This document shows positions 18,101 through 27,111 of a stretch of DNA of 64,000 bases, in pieces (the stretch's first letter is position 1; each line of letters opens with the position of its first letter). Source of the stretch: an uncultured archaeon (lineage in GTDB: Archaea > Thermoplasmatota > Penumbrarchaeia > JASLWR01); assembly GCA_964430885.1 (NCBI GenBank), contig CAYSHM010000005.1:32001-96000 (forward strand), read 5' to 3'. The notes beneath the pieces were generated by a model. That model saw only the letters and a program-made list of their open reading frames with translations, was not told where the DNA came from and did no database searches. The translations under genes and the position numbers were made by a program.

Positions 18101-19932
18101 TTCTTTCTGCAGCTGATTGGGGAATTGGCGTTGACCATATCTGGTACTCAAAGGATGACGGATCCACATGGATGACCTATACGGGACCCATCCATTTCAG
18201 CGGTGACAGCATACTGATAGGGGCAATTGACAAGTTGGGCAACAATGAAAGTGCCAGAAAGATAATGCTCATGAGCGACAATACTGCTCCTGACACCTCC
18301 TATTCCATATCTGGCAATATCATAGGCCGTTCACCCTTGATCGTGGAATCAGGAAGCAAGCTTCAGCTGCGGGCTTCCGACAACAGCCAGATCAAAAGTA
18401 TATGGTATACCTTGGACGGGACAAGTTTTCATACCTACCAGGGACCAATTGATCTAATTGACAATATCTCAATAATCTACGGTGCAGTTGATATATTCGG
18501 CAATAACGAAACAGGCAAAAGCCTGGAGATAGGTGTCAGAAATAATGTGGCCTCTGCTCCATTTGTTATATCGGTTTCACCCTCACCCGGGTCCACTTCA
18601 ATACCTGTACTTCCAAGGATAGTTGTCAAGTTCAGCAGGACAATGAACACCAGTTCTGCTGAAAAGGCCTTTTCAATGGACGTCCCCGGGTCCTTCAGCT
18701 GGGATGCATCTGAACGGAACATGACCTATATTCTGGGTGAAGAACTGGGTTACAAATGCTTCTATACCATTGTGGTGTCAAAGGAGGCAATGAGCCCTCC
18801 TGGAAATAAAATGGTAGCGGATTTCATCTGGAGGTTCCAGACCAAGGAATATTCCGGCGGGGACAGTATGCAGACATTCACAGATTCCCTAGCAGTGGGT
18901 GAAGGGCTCGCCCTTAATGCAGAATACAGTGCCCTAGGAAAGATCATTCTGGAACCCTTGGCCAGGTCTGAGATAGGGAGCACCTACCCTTCACCGGCAG
19001 CGGATATGATGCTATTGGGAGCCTGGTTGGCACAGCCTACTCCTGGAAACGCTTTGGAGCATATGGATCTCAGTGTGGATTATGCCAACCTAAATGCACC
19101 GTCCCTGGATATGAACAATGTCAGCATCTACTATTTCGACGGTGCCAGCGAGACATGGGAAGAATGTTCCTCATTGAGCAATGATCCTGCCAGCGGTGTT
19201 GTTGAAGGAAGGGGGACTGAATTCTCCGCCTATGCAGTATTGACAAATCTCAAAGGCAGTTCTGGCAACGGTAGCCAGCCCTCTGGATCTGACCTCGATC
19301 CAATACTTGAAACCTCAAAGGACGATAAGAGTTCATACACTGGACTGACCATAGTTGTAATAGTAGTGACCCTGATCTTACTTGTCATTATGTTCTTTGT
19401 GCTGTCCAGAGGGGGAAAGAAGGAGGGGAGCGATTACGAGGAAGAATTTGAGGAGGACGCTGATGAGAAGGATGATGGACAAGAGGAGATCCTGGAAGAA
19501 GAGGTAGAGGACGAGGAGGGTTTTGAGGAAGGTGTGGAGAAAGAACGACTTGGAGAAGATGATGACGGGGAAGCTGTAGAGGTTCAGGAGGGATTTGTGA
19601 AGGAGGCGAACCCGGAAGTAGAAGAGGCAGGCAAAAAAGAGGAGGGGAATGATATGGAAGCTGAGGAAGGGGGGACGGCAGAGGATGAAGATCAGTCTGC
19701 AGAGGTAGTAGAACCTGCTGAAGTCGAAGAGGAGGAGGCGCAGGGGGAATCGGAGAGTGAAGCCGCTGAACCGGCCAAGGTAGATACAGCTGATGAAATT
19801 GTTGAAGAACCTAGAAAAGAATCCCCCGAGGAAGTTCCAGGTCAAAAGGACAAAAAAGCTGATCCGCTCACTGATGAAGATGATGACGAATTCGATGAGC
19901 TGTTGTCAGATCTGGACATGGACGATTTCTAA
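15184..19932 (+). CDS. Membrane-anchored surface protein: right-handed beta-helix (NosD/pectin-lyase-like), OmpL47-like repeats, Big_5-like Ig domain, acidic tail
   Basis: GDGSPGNPYVIENL start, Asn-rich beta-helix repeats and GGNYWDNY..DGFGDTP cap. Repeated D.GSGV..IWYSLDG...Y.G modules. PFVISVSPSPG Ig domain. TM plus about 165-aa acidic tail. Start overlaps the upstream stop codon. Confidence 0.85.
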   Translation: MRPNKGIKNLFNISFISIVLLISGLAVGLYPLISEFGTAELADPGNLAPHSVIDITSDAGFNQSNGVTHGDGSPGNPYVIENLSIDAGGGNGISISATSANYVIRNCHVYNATGYGIHLIPSSGNVSVMNCDINNTQDQALRMIGTVDNFLMDRIDVWNIHNGDGIYINPNAEKVMLENITSTNTSGVAFNLQGNVMEYSMKNINIHNVSNDRGIYSYNYEQNGKFIVNNITINKTSSDGAYLYVANKDFIGDRINLLNLPSGWGFYIQGNWGEESATLSNVYVYNFTSGEYAVYVTSFRNAHIDNMTVIDMAEIGAYALNIYDIDNGNITVRDFYGDNCRDGLRIYYCDNANIDLKRIDITETFRGFYINDCDGSQVLFNNIMLTEYSYHGIALSGMDDATVTVINSEFVGVGGFSGDGAISSSFGNDYTNYIIDNFTARDHYWYSIDLDLDQGSNVSITNSTFRNIGSYGGINIDGDYDPSYVNSTISNCLFDTMNTPIYLRNHISSVHNNKMENVGSDAMEVNKMDGSVLYENTIQNASNNWQGRGIEVVSTENITIKGNTILDMITGIRVWEGCRNNRIYNNVFLANELNAQDQTLGNNSWNATYGEGGGNYWDNYTGVDDFSGEGQNEAGADGFGDTPFTELLNIVDNYPLMNIPIWLDTFYPVSELNTTNDTYIKWENGSFVMYFIPDVTVFTIEAMDYGSGVEHIWYSLDGLTYQEYSGEFTLEAGAENLYFRAEDFNNNNESLHHMILKGDGDEPILEPALGLPNHMDGDDIFVRNSTEINFKAVDEGAGLDRIEHSLDGGSTWVEFPGLFSIENSISDYMIRAVDMLGLTAAKTYQLVVDSSKPLTDIAIDHYLGEDPRYVRSYALVTLEAADDGLSGNGSGIGKIWYSLDGGQRFETYNGSFHLPAWCHQVYYGALDNVGNNETGSLLDVFVDNEDPVTSIRALGDYYLTENKLYMTDNDTLLLSAADWGIGVDHIWYSKDDGSTWMTYTGPIHFSGDSILIGAIDKLGNNESARKIMLMSDNTAPDTSYSISGNIIGRSPLIVESGSKLQLRASDNSQIKSIWYTLDGTSFHTYQGPIDLIDNISIIYGAVDIFGNNETGKSLEIGVRNNVASAPFVISVSPSPGSTSIPVLPRIVVKFSRTMNTSSAEKAFSMDVPGSFSWDASERNMTYILGEELGYKCFYTIVVSKEAMSPPGNKMVADFIWRFQTKEYSGGDSMQTFTDSLAVGEGLALNAEYSALGKIILEPLARSEIGSTYPSPAADMMLLGAWLAQPTPGNALEHMDLSVDYANLNAPSLDMNNVSIYYFDGASETWEECSSLSNDPASGVVEGRGTEFSAYAVLTNLKGSSGNGSQPSGSDLDPILETSKDDKSSYTGLTIVVIVVTLILLVIMFFVLSRGGKKEGSDYEEEFEEDADEKDDGQEEILEEEVEDEEGFEEGVEKERLGEDDDGEAVEVQEGFVKEANPEVEEAGKKEEGNDMEAEEGGTAEDEDQSAEVVEPAEVEEEEAQGESESEAAEPAKVDTADEIVEEPRKESPEEVPGQKDKKADPLTDEDDDEFDELLSDLDMDDF

Positions 19933-20016
19933 AAATAGATGAAATTCCCAATACCAAATTCAATAGCCGCACCGGGGTCGCTATTGATCCCAAGCTTATC
20001 GATGATAGTACTAATC

Positions 20017-21984
20017 TTAGTTATCATTGGCCCCATTATGCCAGGGGTCATAGTTAGGCTGGGTCTCCAGGGGTATAGCAGGCCTGAAAGCCGGGTCCCC
20101 GTACATTGTGAAGAAGGTTACCTCTCTCCAGTCAACAGTGTCCTTGGGTTCAAAGGGAGTCGGACTGTTGTTGGGACCATAGGCCATGTACCTGTTCTCG
20201 CACCATTGGACCGCCTTCCCAGCAGTTCCGTGTTCTTCAGGATGGTTGAGTATACCGTCCCAGACAAAGGCATACCAGGCATCGTTGTGATCCCATTTGT
20301 GGTCGTCCTCGATTAAGCCGTATTCTGCCCGAAGAGCGGGTATGTCCTGTCCTATGTTGGAGTAGCTTATCTCTGTGGCCCCTATCAATACGGCGGGTCC
20401 TGCTGAAAGGTAGTTAAGTGTGAAAAGGTTCTCGAAATTGACATCGCTCTGGGGCTGGGTGCCGGGCCCGTGACCGTAGATCTTACCGTTAAGGCATGAG
20501 ACAAAGAAAGCTATCTGAGGCGGGACATTCATGGTCTGGCAATCCCCATACCTAAGTGCGTGCTCATCCCCATTTGGTCCTCTCACCCTTATGCCGTAAA
20601 GAGAACCAGTATCCGAACCATGGCCTCTATAAGCTACGTATCCAGATCCCTGGCATATCTCTATGATATTGGTCTCTTTGGAATCCACAACACCGTCGGC
20701 CAACTTGACCCCCGTTCCCGAGGGACCCCAGTAATCATAAGTGAAACCGGCATCATCATAGTCCTTGCAGATCCATCTTGCAGGGGTAGCCTGCATCCTC
20801 TTGTAGGTAATATCATAACCTGAAAAGGAGGCCCCGTGCGTCCGCCAGTTCTTTTCATGAGGTCCTCCGGCAATATCCCTGTAGTTTACCGGCACTGTAT
20901 CGGCAAAATCCTCAATAAACAGTGATTTGGAAAGCTGATTGGAAGCAAGAGATGCATCAAATTGGATCAGTCGGCCCACGGCAGCATCCTGAGTGTAGGG
21001 GTCATCATCAAGAAATCCGTATATAATATCAGAATTGGTGATCTCACCCTGGCCGCCTATCTGGGTCAGGAATTGTGGTACTGCAGAAGCACTGCCTACA
21101 ATACATACATATTCAGCAGGGCCATACATTGAAGAAACCTTTCTGATCATGTCATAATATCCCATTGCACGCCTGTTCTGGGATAACTCCATATTTAGGG
21201 TCCAATCAACCTGCTGGATGGGAGGTGCGTCGGTTATGACGAAGGCGTCGTGATGGACCGCCAGCTCTCCGGTCAAAACCGATAGAGCGGGACAGAACCA
21301 GGCATCATCGTAGGAATCGTAATCCGGTGTGCTCTGGTTTAGATGTTTAAGGGAAACATCAAAGGGATTGGTAGCGATAATGTAATTGGCTGGAATGCCT
21401 AGGGCTTTCATTTCCTTCCAGGCTGATTCCTGATCAGGATATGTCATTCTGCCGGATATGAGGGCCATGTTGGTGTTCTTGGCTACTGCGGTGGCCCAGA
21501 GTGCTTCGGAATATGATGAAACAGTGATAACTCCGTCAAACCCTATGAAATTGGACACTGCATTCGATGTGAGTGGCAGATAATGCTCTTCTTTGACTGG
21601 AGATAAACCCGCTTCTGAAAGCTGGGAGTTCACTGAATTGAATAACGCTTCTGAATTTACAAACAACAATTTAGCCCGGTCAGTTTTCCAATTGGTCAGT
21701 GTGTATATCTGCTGGGATGATAATTTCCCCTCCTGGTCAAGGATCATGAAGGGATTGTAAACTTCACCCCTGTTTATAAGTGAACTGAGACAGGCTACAG
21801 AAAGCATGTCATCGGGGTTCTTGGGATATTCAGTTATGACCATATAATCCGAAGGGAGCTCTATTGTTGGCTGATATAGGGGCCTGTCTTCTTCTTTAGG
21901 CTGGGAAAAATAAAATATCAATCCTCCGGTAACCAGTACAGACACCAGGGCTACAGCTGTAATTTTCTTGTATTTGGCGTTCAA
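20017..21984 (-). CDS. Exported C25 (gingipain-family) cysteine peptidase
   Basis: N-terminal TM. Motifs YVCIVGS...VPQF, SDIIYG..DDD..DAAVGRL, catalytic YRGHGS and FFVSCLNG, and MYGDPA. TTG start with AGGAGG RBS. Confidence 0.78.
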   Translation of the reverse strand: MNAKYKKITAVALVSVLVTGGLIFYFSQPKEEDRPLYQPTIELPSDYMVITEYPKNPDDMLSVACLSSLINRGEVYNPFMILDQEGKLSSQQIYTLTNWKTDRAKLLFVNSEALFNSVNSQLSEAGLSPVKEEHYLPLTSNAVSNFIGFDGVITVSSYSEALWATAVAKNTNMALISGRMTYPDQESAWKEMKALGIPANYIIATNPFDVSLKHLNQSTPDYDSYDDAWFCPALSVLTGELAVHHDAFVITDAPPIQQVDWTLNMELSQNRRAMGYYDMIRKVSSMYGPAEYVCIVGSASAVPQFLTQIGGQGEITNSDIIYGFLDDDPYTQDAAVGRLIQFDASLASNQLSKSLFIEDFADTVPVNYRDIAGGPHEKNWRTHGASFSGYDITYKRMQATPARWICKDYDDAGFTYDYWGPSGTGVKLADGVVDSKETNIIEICQGSGYVAYRGHGSDTGSLYGIRVRGPNGDEHALRYGDCQTMNVPPQIAFFVSCLNGKIYGHGPGTQPQSDVNFENLFTLNYLSAGPAVLIGATEISYSNIGQDIPALRAEYGLIEDDHKWDHNDAWYAFVWDGILNHPEEHGTAGKAVQWCENRYMAYGPNNSPTPFEPKDTVDWREVTFFTMYGDPAFRPAIPLETQPNYDPWHNGANDN

Positions 21985-22152
21985 TAAAAATCCTCCTTAT
22001 TTTTCATCGAATATTTTCAGGCTCAAATCCGCATAATTTGAACCAATCCATATATAGTTACCCAATCTTCCAAATACTATAATAAAGTATAATTGAAATT
22101 CAAGGATTTCAATATTTCCCATAGAATTATCTGATTATAACCCTGTAATAAG

Positions 22153-22557
22153 TTGATGAATATGAAGTTGGAAAATGGATTGAAAAAGAGGATCGTCACC
22201 TGTGACGATGCACCGGAAGCACTGGGCCCTTATTCCCAGGCTGTGGAATACAATGATCTGGTTTTTCTCTCAGGTCAGCTGGGCATAGATCCTGATACGG
22301 GTGAACTGGAAGACGGCATTGAGGGCCAGACCCTGAGGGCCATAGAGAACTTGACTGCAGTATTGATAGCTGCCGGTAGCGACCTTGACAAGGTGATAAA
22401 AACTACCATTTTTCTAAGCGACCTGAATGATTTCGGGAAAGTGAATGAGATATATGCCTCATATTTTGAAAAAGAGCCTCCTGCCAGAGCCACGGTTGAG
22501 GTTGCCAGACTTCCCAAGGACGGATTGGTGGAGATCTCCATGATCGCACACAAGTAA
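22153..22557 (+). CDS. ridA: RidA/YjgF family enamine/imine deaminase
   Basis: APEALGPYSQAV, FLSGQLGIDP, VNEIYASYF...PARATVEVARLPKDGLVEI. Confidence 0.93.
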   Translation: MMNMKLENGLKKRIVTCDDAPEALGPYSQAVEYNDLVFLSGQLGIDPDTGELEDGIEGQTLRAIENLTAVLIAAGSDLDKVIKTTIFLSDLNDFGKVNEIYASYFEKEPPARATVEVARLPKDGLVEISMIAHK

Positions 22558-22585
22558 TTGATCTTAATGATAGTGTGGCTAGGAT

Positions 22586-23530
22586 ATGATAATCACATTC
22601 TCTCAACCAATTGATCTTGACAGCACTTTCCGGTGCGGCCAAGCATTCAGATGGAAATTTGTTGATGGATGGTATTATGGAGTTCTTAATGGAAAATTGA
22701 TTAAATTGCGCTATCAATCCTATGAGAATGGCCTGGGCATTTCAAAGGGTTCCAGGATGCTGGAATGCAAATATTTCGGTGAACTGGATGATGTTCGAAT
22801 TCGCAAAATTCTTTATGAGTATCTCAGAATGGATGACGATTACCTGAAGATAATGGATAACATTGCCGTAGATGATTATATCAAGGACGCAATTGAGAGA
22901 TTCCCCGGCATGCGATTACTTCGCCAGGATCCCTGGGAGTGCTTCATCTCCTATCTCTGCTCATCCATATCAAGCATACCTCAGATAAGCCGTAATATTG
23001 AAGCATTGTCAAAGATGTTCGGCTGTGAATTGGTTTTGGATGGTATCCGAACTTACTCTTTTCCCGAAGCTGCCTATCTGGCAAAGGCTGATGAAATGGA
23101 CATAAGAAAATGCGGTGTTGGATTCAGGGCCAAGAACATCAGCGCGGCTGCCAATAGGATAGTGGCAGATGGTATAATACTGGATGAACTCAGGGAATGG
23201 AGCTATCAAGATGCAAAGTGCTTTCTCATGACATTTCAGGGAGTAGGAGAGAAGATAGCAGACTGCGTTCTTGCTTTCTCATTGGATAAATTGGAGGCTT
23301 TTCCCGTAGATCGGTGGATCAGGAGGGCTATGCTTGAGGACTACGAGAAAAAAATGATTGACTATGTGGGGAAAAAGGGGAGAGGTTCCAAAAGTAGCAG
23401 TAAAAAGTATTCCACCAGAATAAAGGACCAGGATATCAGAGATTTTTCTGCAGAATATTTCAAGGGATTCGCAGCATATGCACAGGAATTTTTATTCTAC
23501 CATAAAAGAACGTGCCCCCGGCCGGAGTAA
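22586..23530 (+). CDS. 8-oxoguanine DNA glycosylase (Ogg1-like, HhH-GPD family)
   Basis: OGG_N motif LDSTFRCGQAFRW, PGMRLLRQDPWECFISYLCS, HhH motif GVGEKIADCV, AFPVDRW, YAQEFLF. Confidence 0.9.
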   Translation: MIITFSQPIDLDSTFRCGQAFRWKFVDGWYYGVLNGKLIKLRYQSYENGLGISKGSRMLECKYFGELDDVRIRKILYEYLRMDDDYLKIMDNIAVDDYIKDAIERFPGMRLLRQDPWECFISYLCSSISSIPQISRNIEALSKMFGCELVLDGIRTYSFPEAAYLAKADEMDIRKCGVGFRAKNISAAANRIVADGIILDELREWSYQDAKCFLMTFQGVGEKIADCVLAFSLDKLEAFPVDRWIRRAMLEDYEKKMIDYVGKKGRGSKSSSKKYSTRIKDQDIRDFSAEYFKGFAAYAQEFLFYHKRTCPRPE

Positions 23531-23579
23531 TTATTTCATTAAATGCTAATAATCACAACTTGAACGAATCATGGGGGTT

Positions 23580-24017
23580 TTATCTATCGGCTGCCCTTTT
23601 CCTTTCATTTAGTTCTATAGCTTCATCTTCTCGTCTAAGATCAGGATTGGTTTTTAGGTCATTGATGGTTGTTGTCCAATCTTTAAACCTGTAGCCGTTA
23701 TCGTCAATATAGATAAAACCAATTGGTTTATCCATGACCAGCTCATCATAATATATGTTATGATCTTTCAGCCATTTCTCCGTGACCTTTCTCTCTGCAG
23801 ATATGCGGGATGTGAATAGAATAATCTTGTACCCTTTATCCTTCATAGATCTTATAGATTCAACAGCACCTTCCTTGAGGGGACATTTATTCCTTTTCAG
23901 ATTTAAATATTCGTCGGGATATCCTTCATAATCACACATTTCAGTACAATTTCCCGAATCCACAATAACCCCGTCAATATCAATGCACATCGTTTGGAAG
24001 AACCAATCACTTATCAA
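23580..24017 (-). CDS. Small HAD-superfamily hydrolase (capsule-biosynthesis phosphatase-like)
   Basis: Motif I CIDIDGVI, motif II FTSR, YDELVMDKP, YIDD. Confidence 0.75.
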   Translation of the reverse strand: MISDWFFQTMCIDIDGVIVDSGNCTEMCDYEGYPDEYLNLKRNKCPLKEGAVESIRSMKDKGYKIILFTSRISAERKVTEKWLKDHNIYYDELVMDKPIGFIYIDDNGYRFKDWTTTINDLKTNPDLRREDEAIELNERKRAADR

Positions 24018-24037
24018 CTTTATTCACCCTATCTCAG

Positions 24038-24070
24038 TAACGAACTGTTAACGAACTGTTAACGAACTGT
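24038..24070. repeat. Perfect 3 x 11-bp tandem repeat (TAACGAACTGT)
   Basis: Copies at 24038, 24049 and 24060, in the divergent intergenic region between the HAD gene and the pilus locus. Confidence 0.92.
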
Positions 24071-24235
24071 AATCTAAAGCACCTTGAATGCCAATTCCGG
24101 TCAAGGGAATGTCGAATTGGATTAAGCCTTTTTCCCCTTCATTGTATTTGTGGGCCACCATCTGGGTTGTAATTAATATTTTTACTTGCCAAAACAGTTA
24201 TATAGAGTTTTAAATAATGTTGTAGCGGTATTTGG

Positions 24236-25051
24236 ATGACTGAGAGCAATATTAAGAACAAGAGCGGCGGCGGTATGCAAACTAGAAAAAAAGGTTCCAA
24301 GAAGATCCCGCCGATCTGTGAATATCAGGTGACGGGTCAGCAGGGTAGCACCATGGTCCTGAAATGCAAAAGATGCCCTGGCCCTCACAAAATTGAACAA
24401 AAATGCCTTGGACCCCTGCTTGCTGCCTTTTCCAAAGAATATGATATCGATACGGTCAAAATGTCCCATTTCATTGAAAAAGAATATCACGGCATCAGCA
24501 TCGAACTCTTGCGTAAAATAAGTCAATTGGCAGATGAGATCGAGGACCTGTCTCTGAGAGAGCCCACCGAAGAATATTCAGCCTACAAGGGAAAGAACGA
24601 CCCAAAAAAAACGGTTTGCCAGAGATGTACATTATATCCGAGAAAATTTTTTACTAAACTAAGGGTCCTTCTTATCAAAGACATCTCCAAATTCTATGCG
24701 CTGAATAAGAAAATTGTTGGAAAACTCCCCCTATTCAAGAAGAAGACAAGCTTCTGTCATAGATGCATCCACGATACCACTGAAGATCTAAACTACATAT
24801 TTGATAAGTATGAAAAGATTGTCGGGTTCGTACTCAGCAATTCCCCCATGACTGGAAAACTTGATTCATCTCCATGGGCCGGACAGAATATGGGCGCTTT
24901 GAATTCCTACTTGAGCCCCCTGTTGAATTATCAGAAAAATATCCGAAGCTACGGCGGCCAATTCCCGAGGATCTGCCAGGTATGCATGTATCCGTTAAAG
25001 GGGCATGAAAGGAACTGTCCCAACTGTTCAACGAAAATAACTGGGAACTGA
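24236..25051 (+). CDS. Cys-rich hypothetical protein with C-terminal zinc ribbon, first gene of the pilus locus
   Basis: CKRC, CQRC, CHRC, CQVC and CPNC motifs. Co-oriented immediately upstream of the secretion ATPase. Confidence 0.7.
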   Translation: MTESNIKNKSGGGMQTRKKGSKKIPPICEYQVTGQQGSTMVLKCKRCPGPHKIEQKCLGPLLAAFSKEYDIDTVKMSHFIEKEYHGISIELLRKISQLADEIEDLSLREPTEEYSAYKGKNDPKKTVCQRCTLYPRKFFTKLRVLLIKDISKFYALNKKIVGKLPLFKKKTSFCHRCIHDTTEDLNYIFDKYEKIVGFVLSNSPMTGKLDSSPWAGQNMGALNSYLSPLLNYQKNIRSYGGQFPRICQVCMYPLKGHERNCPNCSTKITGN

Positions 25052-25161
25052 TAGTAAAAATATTTAATGATTAATTACCAGATGTTTGAATTATTATCCT
25101 GATACTATTAAAATCAAAACCGGAAGAAAGGGAAATAACCACAACAAGAGGGCGAATAAAA

Positions 25162-27111
25162 TTGATACAATATAGCAGAGAAAAAGGTAGAGGAGGCAGC
25201 AGCAGGCAGCACAGCAAACATCCCCCCCAGTCATTTCCATCTCTCACCGACAGGTTTGAGAGCGCCAATGCCACCATGGGTCAGATCCCGTATGGATTTC
25301 TTCCGGGAACCAACCAAAGTGCCTACAATTCCCATAACACTCTCTTGAACCTCAAGAACAAGATCAATAATCTTGAACGCATCGTTAGCCCGGGAATGGT
25401 GAAAGATGGGATAATACAGATCTTGAAGAGCAATTCTCAGATAAAGCCGGGTTTTTCCGCCTCTTGGGTTATACCTGATGCCCCTCCTAATACCGATTTG
25501 GTGAAGCAGTACAAGGTTGGAGATTCCACAATTTCCATTTATCTGCTCCCGGAAGGTGTCGAAGCACTCTACCATGTGTTCCCTTCCGATTACGCCATCC
25601 CCGAGGTACATATGAGATTGATCGAACTAACCAGGAGAGAACTTATCTCACACTATCCTCATTCTGTTGAACTGACTAGCCCCGAGAGAGCTAGAGAATA
25701 CGTCAGAAAGTTCGGAAGAAGATATATGTACCGCCTAGCTAAGAAATACAAGGTTCCTCTAGGAGAAAGCCGGGCAAAGGAATTGAGGCAGCTGAAAAAA
25801 TTATCTGATATCTTAGCGAAATATTCAGCGGGTCTAGGAATAGTGGAAACGCTGCTCCGGGATGAACATGTTCAGGATATATACATAGATTCACCAACAC
25901 CCGAGAACAAGATATATGTTGTTCTGGAGAGCGGGATGGATGAACGTTTATCCGGTAAATGCATTACAAATATCGTACTTAGCAAAACGGACACCGAGAG
26001 CCTGCTCTCCAGATTCAAATACGAGAGCGGAAGGCCCTTTTCCGAAGCTACACCCCTATTGGAATGCAGCCTTAAAGAGCACCATACCAGGGTTTCAGTC
26101 ATAGGCAAACCCCTGAGTCCCTCAGGTACTGCAATTGCCCTTAGGAGGCACTCAACTGAACCCTGGACCCTTCTTAGACTGATCGATCTCAATTCCATCA
26201 CCCCCCTGGCAGCTGGTCTTATATCATTTCTAATCGACGGAAAGGCAACAATTCTAATTGCCGGATCCAGAGGAGCAGGAAAAACATCATTGCTCAGCGG
26301 CTGTCTTTTAGAATTCCCACGGAGCCAAAGGATCATAACAATAGAGGACACCCTGGAATTGCCGATTTCAAAATTACAGAAACTGGATTACAAGGTACAG
26401 CCAATGCAGATACAGTCTTCACTTGGAGGATTCTCAGAACTCACGGCCAATGATGCACTGAAGATTGCGCTGCGTTTGGGAGAAAGTGCTCTGGTGATCG
26501 GTGAGGTAAGAGGTAAAGAGACCCAAACCCTCTATGAAGCTATGAGGGCAGGAACTGCGGGCAGCTCGGTTCTCGGGACATTCCACGCGAATTCTGCAGA
26601 AGCAGTTTTCGAAAGAATCGTATATGACATGAAAATATCTGCAAAGTCATTTGGCGCTACTGATGTGGTAATAGTAACGAATTTCGTGAGACCAAAGGGT
26701 ACTCATAAAATGATGAGAAGAGTAACCCAAATTGGCGAGTTGGACAAGATCAATTCCGACGGTACCTTCCACAACATTTTTCAGTTTGACGAGGATAAGG
26801 GTAAACTCCTTGAAACCGATGTGTTCCACAGCACATCTCATCTGATAGCACGTATCGCAGCATCCTGGGGAATGAACATGGGGGAGGCCATACAGAATAT
26901 CATTACCAGAGCTACCATTAGAAAGATCGCTGTTGATTTCGCCAGAAAGAACAACCGTCCAGACATTCTCTCGGCTGATTGGGTACAGAAGATCAATTCC
27001 AAATTCTGGGAACTCCTGGACCGCCAGTACTCCTCAGCCGGAAAGATCAATTACAAGTTATTGATTAAAGATTTTACAGATTGGTTCGCAAGGAGCGCAG
27101 CATATGCCTAA
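25162..27111 (+). CDS. Type II/IV secretion (pilus assembly) ATPase, VirB11/TadA family
   Basis: Walker A GSRGAGKTS, Asp-box ITIEDTLEL, Walker B region ALRLGESALVIGEVRG, His-box GTFHA. The true start may be the ATG at 25276. Confidence 0.9.
   Translation: MIQYSREKGRGGSSRQHSKHPPQSFPSLTDRFESANATMGQIPYGFLPGTNQSAYNSHNTLLNLKNKINNLERIVSPGMVKDGIIQILKSNSQIKPGFSASWVIPDAPPNTDLVKQYKVGDSTISIYLLPEGVEALYHVFPSDYAIPEVHMRLIELTRRELISHYPHSVELTSPERAREYVRKFGRRYMYRLAKKYKVPLGESRAKELRQLKKLSDILAKYSAGLGIVETLLRDEHVQDIYIDSPTPENKIYVVLESGMDERLSGKCITNIVLSKTDTESLLSRFKYESGRPFSEATPLLECSLKEHHTRVSVIGKPLSPSGTAIALRRHSTEPWTLLRLIDLNSITPLAAGLISFLIDGKATILIAGSRGAGKTSLLSGCLLEFPRSQRIITIEDTLELPISKLQKLDYKVQPMQIQSSLGGFSELTANDALKIALRLGESALVIGEVRGKETQTLYEAMRAGTAGSSVLGTFHANSAEAVFERIVYDMKISAKSFGATDVVIVTNFVRPKGTHKMMRRVTQIGELDKINSDGTFHNIFQFDEDKGKLLETDVFHSTSHLIARIAASWGMNMGEAIQNIITRATIRKIAVDFARKNNRPDILSADWVQKINSKFWELLDRQYSSAGKINYKLLIKDFTDWFARSAAYA

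Noticed and set aside
24038-24070. 11-bp repeats as a mini-CRISPR or replication-origin iterons
   Set aside because: There are no spacers, the unit is too short, and no cas or orc1/cdc6 gene is nearby. Kept only as a tandem repeat.
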